Origin: a bacterium | GTDB lineage: Bacteria; UBA10199; 2-02-FULL-50-16; JAJFLM01 | Length of the DNA: 64,000 nucleotides | Assembly (NCBI GenBank): GCA_965216315.1 | Contig: CBDCFN010000016.1 | Location: 1,984,001-2,048,000 of the forward strand | Reading direction: 5' to 3' | Part shown: one piece after another, positions 50,452-61,000 of the stretch | Numbering within the stretch: the first letter of the stretch is position 1 | How the letters are laid out: each line of letters opens with the position of its first letter | Translations under genes and position numbers: made by a program | Notes under the pieces: generated by a model | Told to the model about the DNA's origin: nothing | The model's database searches: none | Seen by the model: the letters and a program-made list of their open reading frames with translations, nothing else

Positions 50452-50558
50452 CCCAGGCAACTCGTAGCCCTTTTGCTGCCGATAAGGTATATTGGGAGAA
50501 GGCCGAGCTGAATTTACATCTTCAGAAAACTCAATCCGGCCCCTTTTGGGAGTCGCGT
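50452..50558 (+). repeat. 107-bp direct repeat copy 1 (sigma28-like promoter + leader)
   Basis: Identical to 51743-51849; contains CAAC-N16-GCCGATAA (50458-50485). Confidence 0.92.
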
Positions 50559-50561
50559 CCA

Positions 50562-51686
50562 ATGTCACTAATGTTCAAAGGTTTGTTGGCCCTATCTTTG
50601 GTTCTCAGTCTGTGGTCCTGCCAGGGCATGACGGGGGGCCTTTCCAGCGGCCTCAACGCCGATTCCAGCGATCCCGACTCCGATGACACGATTTTAGCCG
50701 ATTCAGCTTCTCCTGGGAGCACATCGGGATCAGAAGGCTATGGGCTCTCTGACAGCGCCATGGATCCCGCTATAGATCCTGCTATTGAAGGGAGCCCGTC
50801 CGAGCTCGGAGGTCCCGACGGATCAGATACCATGGTTGAACGACGTGCCGACGGCATCACAGCCCCCATGCCGGAAGAAGAACCCATCACCGTCGCCGCG
50901 GCGGGTGGGAGTGACGGAACCAGCAGCTCCGGCTCTACCTATGAAACCTTGGACCCGCATAACGTCGTTGTCTTGAAATGGGAACCCGGTATCGACATTC
51001 CCTGGAGTACGCCGCAAGAATTTCTTCGCATGATAAGCGTACCCGTAGACTCTCCTCGATACATTGAGATCACTCTCCCTGCGCGTAGTCATCATTTGAC
51101 GGCCCATTTTCCGGAAATGGTCGCCCATGCCAGAGAGCTAGAAAGAAAAGAAGAGGCAGCCGCCCGAGGTATCGTCCTGCTCGATCGAAATAGGCAGGAA
51201 ATAATCGAACAGAATCTACTCATCGGTAATAAGCTCAAGGTCGAGCCCTCACTCATTGATCATTTGCGAGCAGAGAATGGCGATGAAGAGACGGGAACTG
51301 TACCAAGACCAAGCGAACCAGCGTTAAGAGAACCTGAGCACTGCTCCTATGTAAACGAATTTTTTCTCTGCGCCACTCGCGCCAATCTTATCGAGAAACT
51401 TCGGGCTCACTTCATCAAGGATACTTATTATGGTCCCGGTTATTATCTCGTTTTTGCACTGAAACCAACAAAGACAATAGATCCATCTGTTAGCGGAACA
51501 ACTTGGTCCACACTTTATGAGAACCTTGGAGTGCTGCAGGATAATGTCCGACGTCAAGTGACTGACGACGGACCTTTTGATCTTATCGGCGACATGAGAA
51601 TTATCGATCCGACAGGCTTGCTCATGGAACGCATGAGAGAACGCTTACGAAGCTCAGGCACTCCAATCTATATTATCAGCGATTAG
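50562..51686 (+). CDS. Orphan lipoprotein, GxYLV family member 2
   Basis: Lipobox LWSC; VVLKW; EPEHCSY; GPGYYLVFA. Confidence 0.82.
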   Translation: MSLMFKGLLALSLVLSLWSCQGMTGGLSSGLNADSSDPDSDDTILADSASPGSTSGSEGYGLSDSAMDPAIDPAIEGSPSELGGPDGSDTMVERRADGITAPMPEEEPITVAAAGGSDGTSSSGSTYETLDPHNVVVLKWEPGIDIPWSTPQEFLRMISVPVDSPRYIEITLPARSHHLTAHFPEMVAHARELERKEEAAARGIVLLDRNRQEIIEQNLLIGNKLKVEPSLIDHLRAENGDEETGTVPRPSEPALREPEHCSYVNEFFLCATRANLIEKLRAHFIKDTYYGPGYYLVFALKPTKTIDPSVSGTTWSTLYENLGVLQDNVRRQVTDDGPFDLIGDMRIIDPTGLLMERMRERLRSSGTPIYIISD

Positions 51687-51742
51687 AAAGAATCAAATCG
51701 CACTCCTCACCGCGAATTCTTCTCATTTTGGGATTCATTCTT

Positions 51743-51849
51743 CCCAGGCAACTCGTAGCCCTTTTGCTGCCGATAAGGTATATTGGGAGAAGGCCGAGCT
51801 GAATTTACATCTTCAGAAAACTCAATCCGGCCCCTTTTGGGAGTCGCGT
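51743..51849 (+). repeat. 107-bp direct repeat copy 2
   Basis: Identical to 50452-50558. Confidence 0.92.
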
Positions 51850-51852
51850 TCT

Positions 51853-53076
51853 ATGTCGCTAATATTTAAGGGCTTTTTGGCCCTATCTTTGGTTCTCAGT
51901 CTGTGGTCCTGCCAGGGCATGACCTCCGGACTGACCACTGGTCTCAACGCCGATTCCAGCGATCCCGACTCCGATGACACAATTTTAGCCGATTCAGGCA
52001 CTTCCGGCGGCTCAACCGGCTCGGAAGGTTATGGACTCTCCGACAGCGCGATGGATCCCGCCAGCGATCCACTCATGGACGCGCCGGATCCGGAATATCG
52101 GACTATCAGCGGCAGCCCGAGCGGAGAGCTCGACGCAGGCAGCATCACTCCGCTGGAACCGGATGGATCGGCGATTGAACGCAGCGATACCTCCATGGAC
52201 GCCGTTCCGACACCCATCGATACCGAGCCGAGACCGGTCGTCGCGGCTGAAGGCGGCACCGTCGGAGCGCCGCATGATTACGAGGCCGTCAATCCGGAGA
52301 ACATCGCCGTCCTCTTCTGGCCCGAAGCAACGACCGTCCCCTGGACGACCCCCCGAGAATTTATAAATAAAATTCGCCGAGCGCCTGCCGGCGATGCAAC
52401 CATGAATGCGATCGCGCAACAAGCGCAAACCATACACTTTTTTGCCTGGTTTCCCGAAAACGTTGCCCGCAACCGTACCGCCGAGCGTCGCTTGGCCGCC
52501 GAAGGCAAAGGCTATGTATACCTCGATCAAAATGTGTCGGATATCATTAAAGAGGAAAGCCTGCTCAGTGAGAGGCTGCGCACGCGCGAACCCCTGGTGG
52601 CTCAATTAGGATCCGACGGCGCCGCGCCAGCCGGAACTACAGAAACGGCACCAACGGCTGAAGAGAGCGCTCCGCCTGAACCGGAACATTGTTCTTATTT
52701 TGACCGTTCAGCTCCGGAATTCCGTGAATGGACTTTATGCACGACCCGCGAGCAGTTGACGGATCGACTGCAGCAACATGTTAGCAAGCCGTTATTCCAA
52801 ACCGACGGCACCTTCGGCCCCGGTTACTACCTCGTGTTCGCAATCAAAGCGTCGGAGCGTGATGCGCGCAGTTGGCCAACGTTGTTCGCCAATTTTCAGG
52901 CATTAAAAGACGCCGTCCACCGTCATGTTATAGATCCGAACGGACATTATGAACTCAATGGAGATTTTCAAGTCAGTACTCCTGATCAGAACATGCGGAC
53001 ACGCCTGTTGCTGGAACTGTACAAAAACAAACCCCAAGATAGCCCGAATCAACCGATATACATTTTCAGAGACTAG
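51853..53076 (+). CDS. Orphan lipoprotein, GxYLV family member 3 (tandem paralog of 50562)
   Basis: Near-identical first ~70 aa; EPEHCSY; GPGYYLVFA. Confidence 0.82.
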   Translation: MSLIFKGFLALSLVLSLWSCQGMTSGLTTGLNADSSDPDSDDTILADSGTSGGSTGSEGYGLSDSAMDPASDPLMDAPDPEYRTISGSPSGELDAGSITPLEPDGSAIERSDTSMDAVPTPIDTEPRPVVAAEGGTVGAPHDYEAVNPENIAVLFWPEATTVPWTTPREFINKIRRAPAGDATMNAIAQQAQTIHFFAWFPENVARNRTAERRLAAEGKGYVYLDQNVSDIIKEESLLSERLRTREPLVAQLGSDGAAPAGTTETAPTAEESAPPEPEHCSYFDRSAPEFREWTLCTTREQLTDRLQQHVSKPLFQTDGTFGPGYYLVFAIKASERDARSWPTLFANFQALKDAVHRHVIDPNGHYELNGDFQVSTPDQNMRTRLLLELYKNKPQDSPNQPIYIFRD

Positions 53077-53085
53077 GATAAGCAC

Positions 53086-53781
53086 ATGAGAATCGCTTTA
53101 TTTCTCATCTTCACACTCTGCCTCGCCGCCTGTCAGCCGGGCGGACCCCTTTCAGCCATCTCTGATATCGATGCACCGACTGAAACCGCCATGGATGAAG
53201 GCACCGTCGCTTCATCCTCCGCGCACGAAGAACTGGAGAGCGACACCGAACTCTCGGAAGAAGCTGAAGAGGCCATGGAAGAGAGTCGTCGCGAACAAAT
53301 GGCCCGCGTCCGCGGCTATGAGGATCTGCAAGAGGATGCACGCCGGGAACGACACAGCGGCCCGATTAATGAGGTGGATACCGGACGTCCATCAACAGAG
53401 GAATTTAAGTCTATCCTCTCTCAAGTGGATCAACGCACGATGATCATTATTGGCTGGGACAAAGAAGCCCAAACTTACATCAACTTTGACACTGAAGAGG
53501 AGTTTCAAGAAACGCTGCTGACGGGAGACATTGACCCGACTTGCATTAAAATGGCCAAGGTTAGGCGGCACCGTTCCAAATCAACGAGCAGTGCCGGGCT
53601 CCTTAAGGAGCTCGCATTAGAACAACCGGGTACCTATCTCGTTTTTCAAGAACAAGGCTGGCTCCAACAAGGGATACCGGAAAGATTTGTCAATATAGAC
53701 GAACTCAAAAACTTTGTAACGGATCCTAACTTAACCTTTGTTCAATTCATTCATTATCCGGCATTCGCCGTCATCCGTTAA
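53086..53781 (+). CDS. Orphan lipoprotein, GxYLV family member 4
   Basis: Lipobox LAAC; IIIGW; PGTYLVFQ. Confidence 0.78.
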   Translation: MRIALFLIFTLCLAACQPGGPLSAISDIDAPTETAMDEGTVASSSAHEELESDTELSEEAEEAMEESRREQMARVRGYEDLQEDARRERHSGPINEVDTGRPSTEEFKSILSQVDQRTMIIIGWDKEAQTYINFDTEEEFQETLLTGDIDPTCIKMAKVRRHRSKSTSSAGLLKELALEQPGTYLVFQEQGWLQQGIPERFVNIDELKNFVTDPNLTFVQFIHYPAFAVIR

Positions 53782-53784
53782 ACT

Positions 53785-54117
53785 TCATCTCGCACATTTG
53801 ACACAACAAGAACTCTCAGGAACATGCATAAGTCGCGCGATCGGAATCGGTTCCTCACACACCGCACACAAGCCAAAATCTTCCGAATCGATTTTACTCA
53901 AGGCCCTTTCCAGCTTTGATAACTTGGCCTTGGCGGCACGCAGGGCAGCCGCATTAATCTGTTGATTATTAATTGCCTCCATACGGGTCAGGCGACCGAT
54001 GGCTTCATCTGGAGCCACCGGCTTGGCCGATTCTTCAAGAGCGGGAATACTTTCTTTAACGGCGACTATTTCAGCCGTTATCGCCTTCTTGAGATTCTGC
54101 TTTTCTTCTTCTGTCAT
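53785..54117 (-). CDS. TraR/DksA family C4 zinc-finger protein
   Basis: AIGRLTRMEAI coiled coil; FGLCAVCEEPIPIARL...CCVKCA. Confidence 0.9.
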   Translation of the reverse strand: MTEEEKQNLKKAITAEIVAVKESIPALEESAKPVAPDEAIGRLTRMEAINNQQINAAALRAAKAKLSKLERALSKIDSEDFGLCAVCEEPIPIARLMHVPESSCCVKCAR

Positions 54118-54170
54118 CTATATTAGGTCCTTCGCACCACACCATAACACATTTTAGAGGGGATGCTTTT

Positions 54171-54797
54171 ATGAAAATATGGAGCGACAGTTTTGGGCAC
54201 AATCAAGTCATTCCTAGTGAATTTGCATTTGGTAAACATCACCCAGACTCACACGTCGAACTCTCCGAGAACAAGAACCCGCACATCGCTTGGAGCGACC
54301 TTCCCGAGGGAACGCAGTCACTGGTTCTCATCTGCCACGACCCCGATGTCCCGAGCCGCGGCGATGATGTCAATCAGGAAGGCAAGACCGTCCCCGCAGA
54401 TCTTCCCCGCGTTGATTTTTTTCACTGGATCCTCGTCGACATCCCGACCGATGTCGACCACATTCCGGCCGGGGAACACAGCAGCGGCATTACAGCGCGC
54501 GGTAAAACGGGCCCCGAAGCGCCCGGTGGCATGCGACATGGCCTCAGTAACTATACGGACTGGTTTGCCGGTGACGCCGATATGGCCGGCAACTATTTTG
54601 GCTATGATGGCCCCTGCCCTCCATGGAATGACGCCATCATCCACCATTATAACTTTACGCTCTATGCCTTGGATGCCCCTACTTGTCCGGTAACGGAACA
54701 TTTTACTGGCCCCGAGGTTCTCAAGGCCATCGAAGGTCATATCCTCGATAGTGCTACTTTGATTGGGACTTATGCGATTAATCCGGAGGCGGCTTGA
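54171..54797 (+). CDS. YbhB/YbcL family (PEBP / Raf kinase inhibitor-like) protein
   Basis: HDPDVP, FFHW, YDGPCPPWND, HHY motifs. Confidence 0.93.
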   Translation: MKIWSDSFGHNQVIPSEFAFGKHHPDSHVELSENKNPHIAWSDLPEGTQSLVLICHDPDVPSRGDDVNQEGKTVPADLPRVDFFHWILVDIPTDVDHIPAGEHSSGITARGKTGPEAPGGMRHGLSNYTDWFAGDADMAGNYFGYDGPCPPWNDAIIHHYNFTLYALDAPTCPVTEHFTGPEVLKAIEGHILDSATLIGTYAINPEAA

Positions 54798-54885
54798 GGA
54801 AATGCCTAGCCAGTCTGAACTTCATTTGCTATAGAAGGCCGCTCATTCAATCAGTCATTGCGACATACCTAAGAGGGGAATTATC

Positions 54886-55209
54886 ATGAAAAAATCAGCA
54901 CTCACACTGATGGCAATCTTGTCATTGTCCGTAGGCATCGCTGCCTGCAGCAGCTCGATGCCGATCGAAAAGTATATTGATGTCATGGCGGACCTGGGAT
55001 GCCAGGGAGTGACCGAGCTTGATACGAAGGCAAAGGATATCTTTGCGAAACACGGTGTCACGCAAAAGGACGTCGATTCATTTCGTCGCAATCTGAAGCG
55101 CGATCAAATTAAAGATATGGCCGATAAGATTGTCGCCAAAGTCGCCGCCTGTCACGGCGTGGACTTGAAGAGCTTAGGGGCGAAGGCACATCAAAAGGAA
55201 GCTTCCTAA
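54886..55209 (+). CDS. Small hypothetical lipoprotein
   Basis: RBS GAGGGG; lipobox IAAC. Confidence 0.75.
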   Translation: MKKSALTLMAILSLSVGIAACSSSMPIEKYIDVMADLGCQGVTELDTKAKDIFAKHGVTQKDVDSFRRNLKRDQIKDMADKIVAKVAACHGVDLKSLGAKAHQKEAS

Positions 55210-56303
55210 GCCGGAGCCGCTATTTCCGTTTCGACGGCAAAATGGTCGGACGAGTCGTGTCCGGTGCGAGGATCTCTAAATTCTTCGCGCCGCACACGAC
55301 TTTTTTTCGCCTGCAGTACACCATCCGTATAGATATAATCGATGCGTCGCTTTCCTTCATTGGGAGCCCCTTTCACCCCAAACTTAACAGCAAACCGATT
55401 GTTATGATCATAGGTATAACCAGGTCTTGCCTGCTCATCAGGATGGAGCAAACGAAAACTATCGACGAGCCCTAATTTGCGGGCCATCCAGCGATAGCGC
55501 ACATCATTGAGGTCACCCATCACCACGGCCGGATAAATCGCTTCTTCAACGAGGGCTCGAATTTGTTCTAGTTGTTTCTTGCGCGCCGTTATGGCCTGGA
55601 GGGATTCTCCTTGCTGGGCATGCGTGACATACACCGTATAGCTCTTTTGTCCGGGCGGATTAACATCGGCTTTGAGCGTTCCCTTCCGTGCAAAGCGCTC
55701 GGCATCGGCCCGTGCCTGATACGGATAAAAAATGGCATCGGACAGAGGATAACGACTCAGTATCAGTAAGCCGGATCCCCATACATCCGGCAGGCGAAAG
55801 GCTTCCTTTAGACCCCAGTGCATCCAATCTTCTTTAATAAAATACTTGAAAGCGCTGCGCAGCAGCCCACGGTCGACGTTGTAATTCGTCTGTGCAAAAA
55901 ATTCGACAATGTCTTCGACATTATCTAAGAGCAATTGAGTGGCTCGCGGCCAACGAGAATGAAGACTCTCAATGATATCCGGTATGCCCCCGGCATTAGG
56001 AGATCTCACCTGGTAAGGATAGATATCTTGAAGATTTTCTTGGAGAGCACCGCGCAGTTCATCATCCCACATCTCCGTGAGGCCGACGACATCCGGCCGC
56101 AGCTGACGCAGCTGCATTGCAATTTGTTCGGTACGTAAATCGTCATCCAAGACAAGACCGGTCTCAACACCGTTGATACTCCCGGTCCGACCGAAGATAT
56201 GCGTGTTGTACGTCAACAAGCGTGATGACGTCACCACGTGACTTGCTGATTGAACGCCCGCCGCTGAACTCAGCGATATAGGCATGGCAATACCAAGCGC
56301 CAT
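55206..56303 (-). CDS. Endonuclease/exonuclease/phosphatase (sphingomyelinase-like) family protein
   Basis: LLTYN, DVVGLTE, SGLLILSRYP, VMGDLN, RIDYI, SDHFAV; RBS AAGGAGG before MALG. Confidence 0.88.
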   Translation of the reverse strand: MALGIAMPISLSSAAGVQSASHVVTSSRLLTYNTHIFGRTGSINGVETGLVLDDDLRTEQIAMQLRQLRPDVVGLTEMWDDELRGALQENLQDIYPYQVRSPNAGGIPDIIESLHSRWPRATQLLLDNVEDIVEFFAQTNYNVDRGLLRSAFKYFIKEDWMHWGLKEAFRLPDVWGSGLLILSRYPLSDAIFYPYQARADAERFARKGTLKADVNPPGQKSYTVYVTHAQQGESLQAITARKKQLEQIRALVEEAIYPAVVMGDLNDVRYRWMARKLGLVDSFRLLHPDEQARPGYTYDHNNRFAVKFGVKGAPNEGKRRIDYIYTDGVLQAKKSRVRREEFRDPRTGHDSSDHFAVETEIAAPA

Positions 56304-56382
56304 AAACACCTCCTTGCCCTGAGCGAATCTGATCACGCCAGATTAGCCGAAGGGGTATCGCCCGCTAACCCGCTTGGACACT

Positions 56383-56408
56383 GTATCGGCGGGAGATCGC
56401 GTAAGTTG
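56383..56408 (-). promoter_or_regulatory. Sigma28-like promoter
   Basis: Minus strand CAAC-N14-GCCGATAC upstream of the EEP gene. Confidence 0.45.
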
Positions 56409-56456
56409 TTCTGCAAAGCGTCAGGAAATGATGCGTTGTGTCGTTGCCGCTAAGTT

Positions 56457-57836
56457 TTAAGGAAGGTTTCCGAACACGATGGCCGTCTGTTCCCCATTAT
56501 GAATGAGACCTAGCTGATCATTTGTAAAATCATAATCAATCGAGGTCGGACCTACTCCGGCATCCAGAGTCGTGATGACCGTTTCAGAACCCGGCGTCAG
56601 GCCGAGTACGGAAATTGTGTTATCTCCATTATTGGTGACAAAAGCTCGGCTATTGTTATCAATCGTCACGCTATCGGGACTCGTCCCGACGTCGACGGTA
56701 TTCGTAATCGTTACGGCGCCGGTCAACACGTCGATATCCAGAATGTGAGCGACCCCCGAGTCATCGACCAAGACTGCGCTGCGATTATTAAAAATCGCTA
56801 GATCACTCGCGCCATTGATGCCAAGTAAACTACCGGTTCCGATCGGAAAGGCAAAATTAACATCAATGACAAACCCATAGAATTCACCGTTTGCATATTC
56901 AATCACAACCACGGCATAGTCATTGCCCGCGTCACTCCCTGTGGCAACAACAGGCGTGCTCACTTGGTTGGGATTCGACCCGATCGGATTCGCTATCGGC
57001 GCCGGTGCGAACGCTGGAATAGTCAGATCTAAAATCGATATTTCGACATTCGCTGCCGCCGTATTATTCGTAATGACCGCCTTAGCTGCAGCCGCGTGAA
57101 TGGCTATGTTAACGGGATTTACCGTTAAAGGACCTAACGACGCACCCGTGGAACCGTCTAATGGTTGTGAACACACATCGCCGGTGTTTGACACGACTAT
57201 TGCGCGCGCATTGGCGCTGTCGATCGCTAGCGCGTTCGGATCATTACATTCAACCGGCAGACTGATTCCCGCCCCGGTCGAGGGCGGGTTGCCGAAGATA
57301 ATCGGATTGATTATTCCATTCCCCAAGAACTGACCCGTCATCCAGGTCTGAGAGGTCGTCGCATCGAGCGCCATCGCCACGGGAGCAAAGTTAAGTGGCA
57401 TCGGAACAAACGGCACCGTCAATACGATCGGCGTACCGTTCACTCCGTTTTCAATCTGAAAAAGCTGGATTTGATCGCCAATCGCCGCTTCGATGTCTAA
57501 GGTAAACGACCCGTCCGCGTTGGAGGTCGTTTCATTGGTTGTCTGGGCATAGGCCGTCCCCCAGAACAAGGGCTCCCACCAGTAGGCAAGCCCTTCCTGC
57601 GTGAGATTCACCGCGCGCACGATATTGCCGCCCGTTACGGCACCGGCCTCACCCGTGATCGTCGAAATCCCGTTGTCCGGAGTATCGATGCGAATCTTCG
57701 TGACGACAGGGGCCGGAATAGAAACGGGGGGTGCTGACGAGGCCGCACCGCCACAGTCCACAAGACAAAGCGCGAGGCCCATCAGGGCCACAGCCCTCAA
57801 GCCGCGCTTTAAAAATCTTTTCTTTACCGTAAACAT
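56457..57836 (-). CDS. Lipoprotein with Ig-like domain and YncE/YVTN-like beta-propeller
   Basis: RBS GGAGGA; lipobox LVDC; ADGSF; VGTSP...AFVTNNGDNTISV repeats. Confidence 0.8.
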   Translation of the reverse strand: MFTVKKRFLKRGLRAVALMGLALCLVDCGGAASSAPPVSIPAPVVTKIRIDTPDNGISTITGEAGAVTGGNIVRAVNLTQEGLAYWWEPLFWGTAYAQTTNETTSNADGSFTLDIEAAIGDQIQLFQIENGVNGTPIVLTVPFVPMPLNFAPVAMALDATTSQTWMTGQFLGNGIINPIIFGNPPSTGAGISLPVECNDPNALAIDSANARAIVVSNTGDVCSQPLDGSTGASLGPLTVNPVNIAIHAAAAKAVITNNTAAANVEISILDLTIPAFAPAPIANPIGSNPNQVSTPVVATGSDAGNDYAVVVIEYANGEFYGFVIDVNFAFPIGTGSLLGINGASDLAIFNNRSAVLVDDSGVAHILDIDVLTGAVTITNTVDVGTSPDSVTIDNNSRAFVTNNGDNTISVLGLTPGSETVITTLDAGVGPTSIDYDFTNDQLGLIHNGEQTAIVFGNLP

Positions 57837-57860
57837 CTGCAGTCCTCCAACCCCTATTTG

Positions 57861-57876
57861 TGCAATAGATATGCCA
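57861..57876 (-). promoter_or_regulatory. Sigma54 promoter
   Basis: Minus strand TGGCAT-ATCTA-TTGCA, 24 nt before ATG 57836. Confidence 0.8.
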
Positions 57877-57907
57877 CAAGAAAGCGGTCACGTCGAGATT
57901 TAATCAA

Positions 57908-57990
57908 TTCCCCTCTCCTCGGCAAGAGAAGGGCCAGGGAGGGGTCTTTATCGACCTCCCCTGAATCCCCTCCTTAGCAAGGAGGGGAGA
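57908..57990. repeat. Pair of REP-like palindromic elements
   Basis: CCCCTCTCCTCGGCAAGAGAAGGG and CCCCTCCTTAGCAAGGAGGGG units in inverted arrangement. Confidence 0.6.
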
Positions 57991-58022
57991 ACACAATTTA
58001 TATTTTCTAAAATATATATAAG

Positions 58023-61000
58023 TTGTATATTTTTGAGATGATCATCGACCAACGCTATCGGGTCATCGGGGAGCTGGGGCAAGGGGTCAGCGGCAGCGTT
58101 CATCTCGTCGAAGACATGGAAGAACACTGCGAGTTGGCCCTCAAGTTTCTGCGGATTGATTCCGTCATGCTCACCCCCGAGCAATTACTCGATCGTTTCA
58201 AACAAGAATTTCGCATCCTCAAAGAATTGCAACACCCGCACATCGCGCGCATCGGCGACTTCGGCTATGACAAAGATTCGAAACAGCATTATTTTACGGA
58301 AGAACACGTACAGGGCGCCCCCATTACCGAGGCCGTTCAAGACGCTTCACTGGACGAAATCGAAGCGCTCATCGTTCAATGCTTGCGCGCGCTTGAATTT
58401 CTTCATGCCCGTCAGATCTATCATTATGACCTCAAACCGGCCAATTTATTTGTCACCCACAATAAACAAATCAAACTTATCGATTTCGGACTCGCCAACC
58501 TGCCGGGACGATCCATTTCAGGAACGCCGACCTATATGGCGCCGGAAATTTGTCTTCAACAACCGCGTGACGGCCGTGTCGACCTTTATGCCCTCGGCGT
58601 CATTTGGTATCAGTCACTCAGCGGCGGCAATCCTTTTAAAGATAAAAGCGTTAAGCTAACCATGGAACGACAAGTTCATTTCAAGGCGCCCCCGATTTCA
58701 ACGCAGCGATCGGATCTCCCTGAGTATCTCGATGATGTTATCGGCCGCTTGCTCGCCAAAAACCCCGATCACCGTTATGGACGTGCCGCGCAGGTTATTC
58801 GTGATCTGAATTGGTTAGGCGACAAGAATTATCCGATTGAGACTAAAGCCACCAGCGCCGGCTACCTACCCGAAGTCGGGCACCTCGTCGGCCGTGATGA
58901 AGAATGGGCCCGCATTCAACAGACCATCGATCAAGCCTCTGTGGAAGCAAGTCCTTCCCCCCCTATTATTCTGGTCGTCGGCGATACGGGATTAGGCAAA
59001 ACGCGAATATGCGAAGAAGCCCGTTATTACGCCCAACTCGATACACATGCACTGGAAATACGGGACTTCGATCATGTCCTCACGGCTGCGGGGATTGGTG
59101 AGCTTCGTTCTCAGGTCATCCAACGGACTTGGTCCGATGGCTCCCTGCTCATCGGGCTCTACCCGCAAGATGCTGATACGATTGCCGCATGGCTGCCTAA
59201 AGAACAGGTTCAAATTGTTCAGCTAAAACCATTCAACCAAGCACAAGTGAGGGAATACCTTCATCATGTCACCGGCATGACCGAAATCCCCAACAAGTTG
59301 TGTGAGGCCCTGACGACTCGGACGGAGGGCAATCCACGACTCTTACGAGAACTGTTGGTCGCATGTTTCAGTCAAAGTAAATTCAGTGACGCCTTCGGCC
59401 GGTGGACGCCAGGTGCCTTTGCTGATTTACAGCAAGAATCGGAACAACTGCCACTACCGTCGGCATTGGAACAATGGTTTACCGCGCGTAGTAAATCCTT
59501 GCCCCAAGAAACACTTCATGCCTTATCCGTATTATCAATCTGCCAGCACCCTGTTTCACTGTATGGGCTGGAAACAATTGTGGGTCCCATCATTAAATGG
59601 GGGCCGGAACTTATCAAAACAAGTTGGGTCAGTCGAAAAAATGATGGTTTTACCCTCCAAAACCCTTCTGTCCGTGAATGGTCACTCCAACAGCTTTCAC
59701 GCTGTGATCGAACCGGATGGCATGACAAGATTGTAAAAGCCGCGTCGGCATTTCCTGATGAAGATATGGATTACCATCGGTCCTATGGGCATGATCCCAA
59801 GCAAATTATTGCTTCCGCTGAACGCTATACGGAAAAATTAGTCCAGCAAGAATCATGGGAGTCTGCTGTCAATGTCCTCGATTGGGTGTGGGCGTCACTT
59901 CCTAATAGTAAAGCTAAAACAACCCTTGGCATTAGTCGGATTGATGCACTCATTGAATTGGCACGTGATGACGAAGTCAGTGCCGCCATCAAGGAAATTC
60001 AAGCCAGTATCAACGAGTTGCCGGATACCGCGCAAGTGACATGCCAGCAGTTACTCGACGATACCGTCATTGAATGGTTGTTGCGCCAACATAAATACGA
60101 GGACGCTCACCAGCGCATTGATGCGGCCTTAAACAACGAGCATTTGAGACCCCCCGCTCAGTTAATCCGCCTCAAAAATTATCTCGGCAGAATTGCCTTG
60201 GAGCAAGGAGATACGAAGTCCGCCCATGAACTCTTGCACAGCACCTGGCAGGAAGCATCCAAGTTGGATAAATCAGTCCGCTATCCCACCGCCAATAACG
60301 ATCTCGGTCTCGTCTTGCTCGCCCAAGGTCAATTCGACGCGGCGGCGTCTCATTTCGGCGAAGAGCTCAAGGCCATTCGCCATTGGCATGATCCTTTTCT
60401 TGAGGCCCGTTGCCGCTACAACCTTGCCGAAGCGCACCGCGGCCTCGGCGACACTAATAAAGCAAATAATGAACTGCAACTGGCTTATGAACTAGCTCAG
60501 CCCGTGGGTCGACACGAATTGACCCTGCGTATTCTCAATGCCATGGGCAACCTGGCGAATGAATCGGCACAAACCCAAGCAGCCATCGATTATTATGAGC
60601 GTGGTCTTCGCCTGGCGCAACGACTTGGAGATCGCAGCAGTTGCGCCGCACTTGCCACCAACCTTGGCATTTTATTCCACAACACACATGAAAATGATGA
60701 TGCGCTCAGTTATCTCACCCATGCCGAACATCTTTTGAGCGACATCGAACGAACACCCAGTGAATCGAGTTGTTTGGCGCGCTGTCTGCTCGAACGCGCC
60801 TTAGTAGAGCGCGATAACGATCATATAGAAAGCGCGGAAATATATCTGACTGAAGCCCACAAAATCGCCGCCGAAGAAGGCGGTGAATCTTTATTGCCTT
60901 TTATTGAAGAGGCGCAGGAGGAAATCAAAATGCCCCCAATGACATCTCCCGATTCCACGCAACCGCAGCAGGCCGGGACTCAGGCCTGGCAGGATCTGCT

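Noticed and set aside
50452..52075. Repeat pair as DGR template/variable region
   Set aside because: No reverse transcriptase in the window, repeats are at 5' ends, and differences are not adenine-specific.
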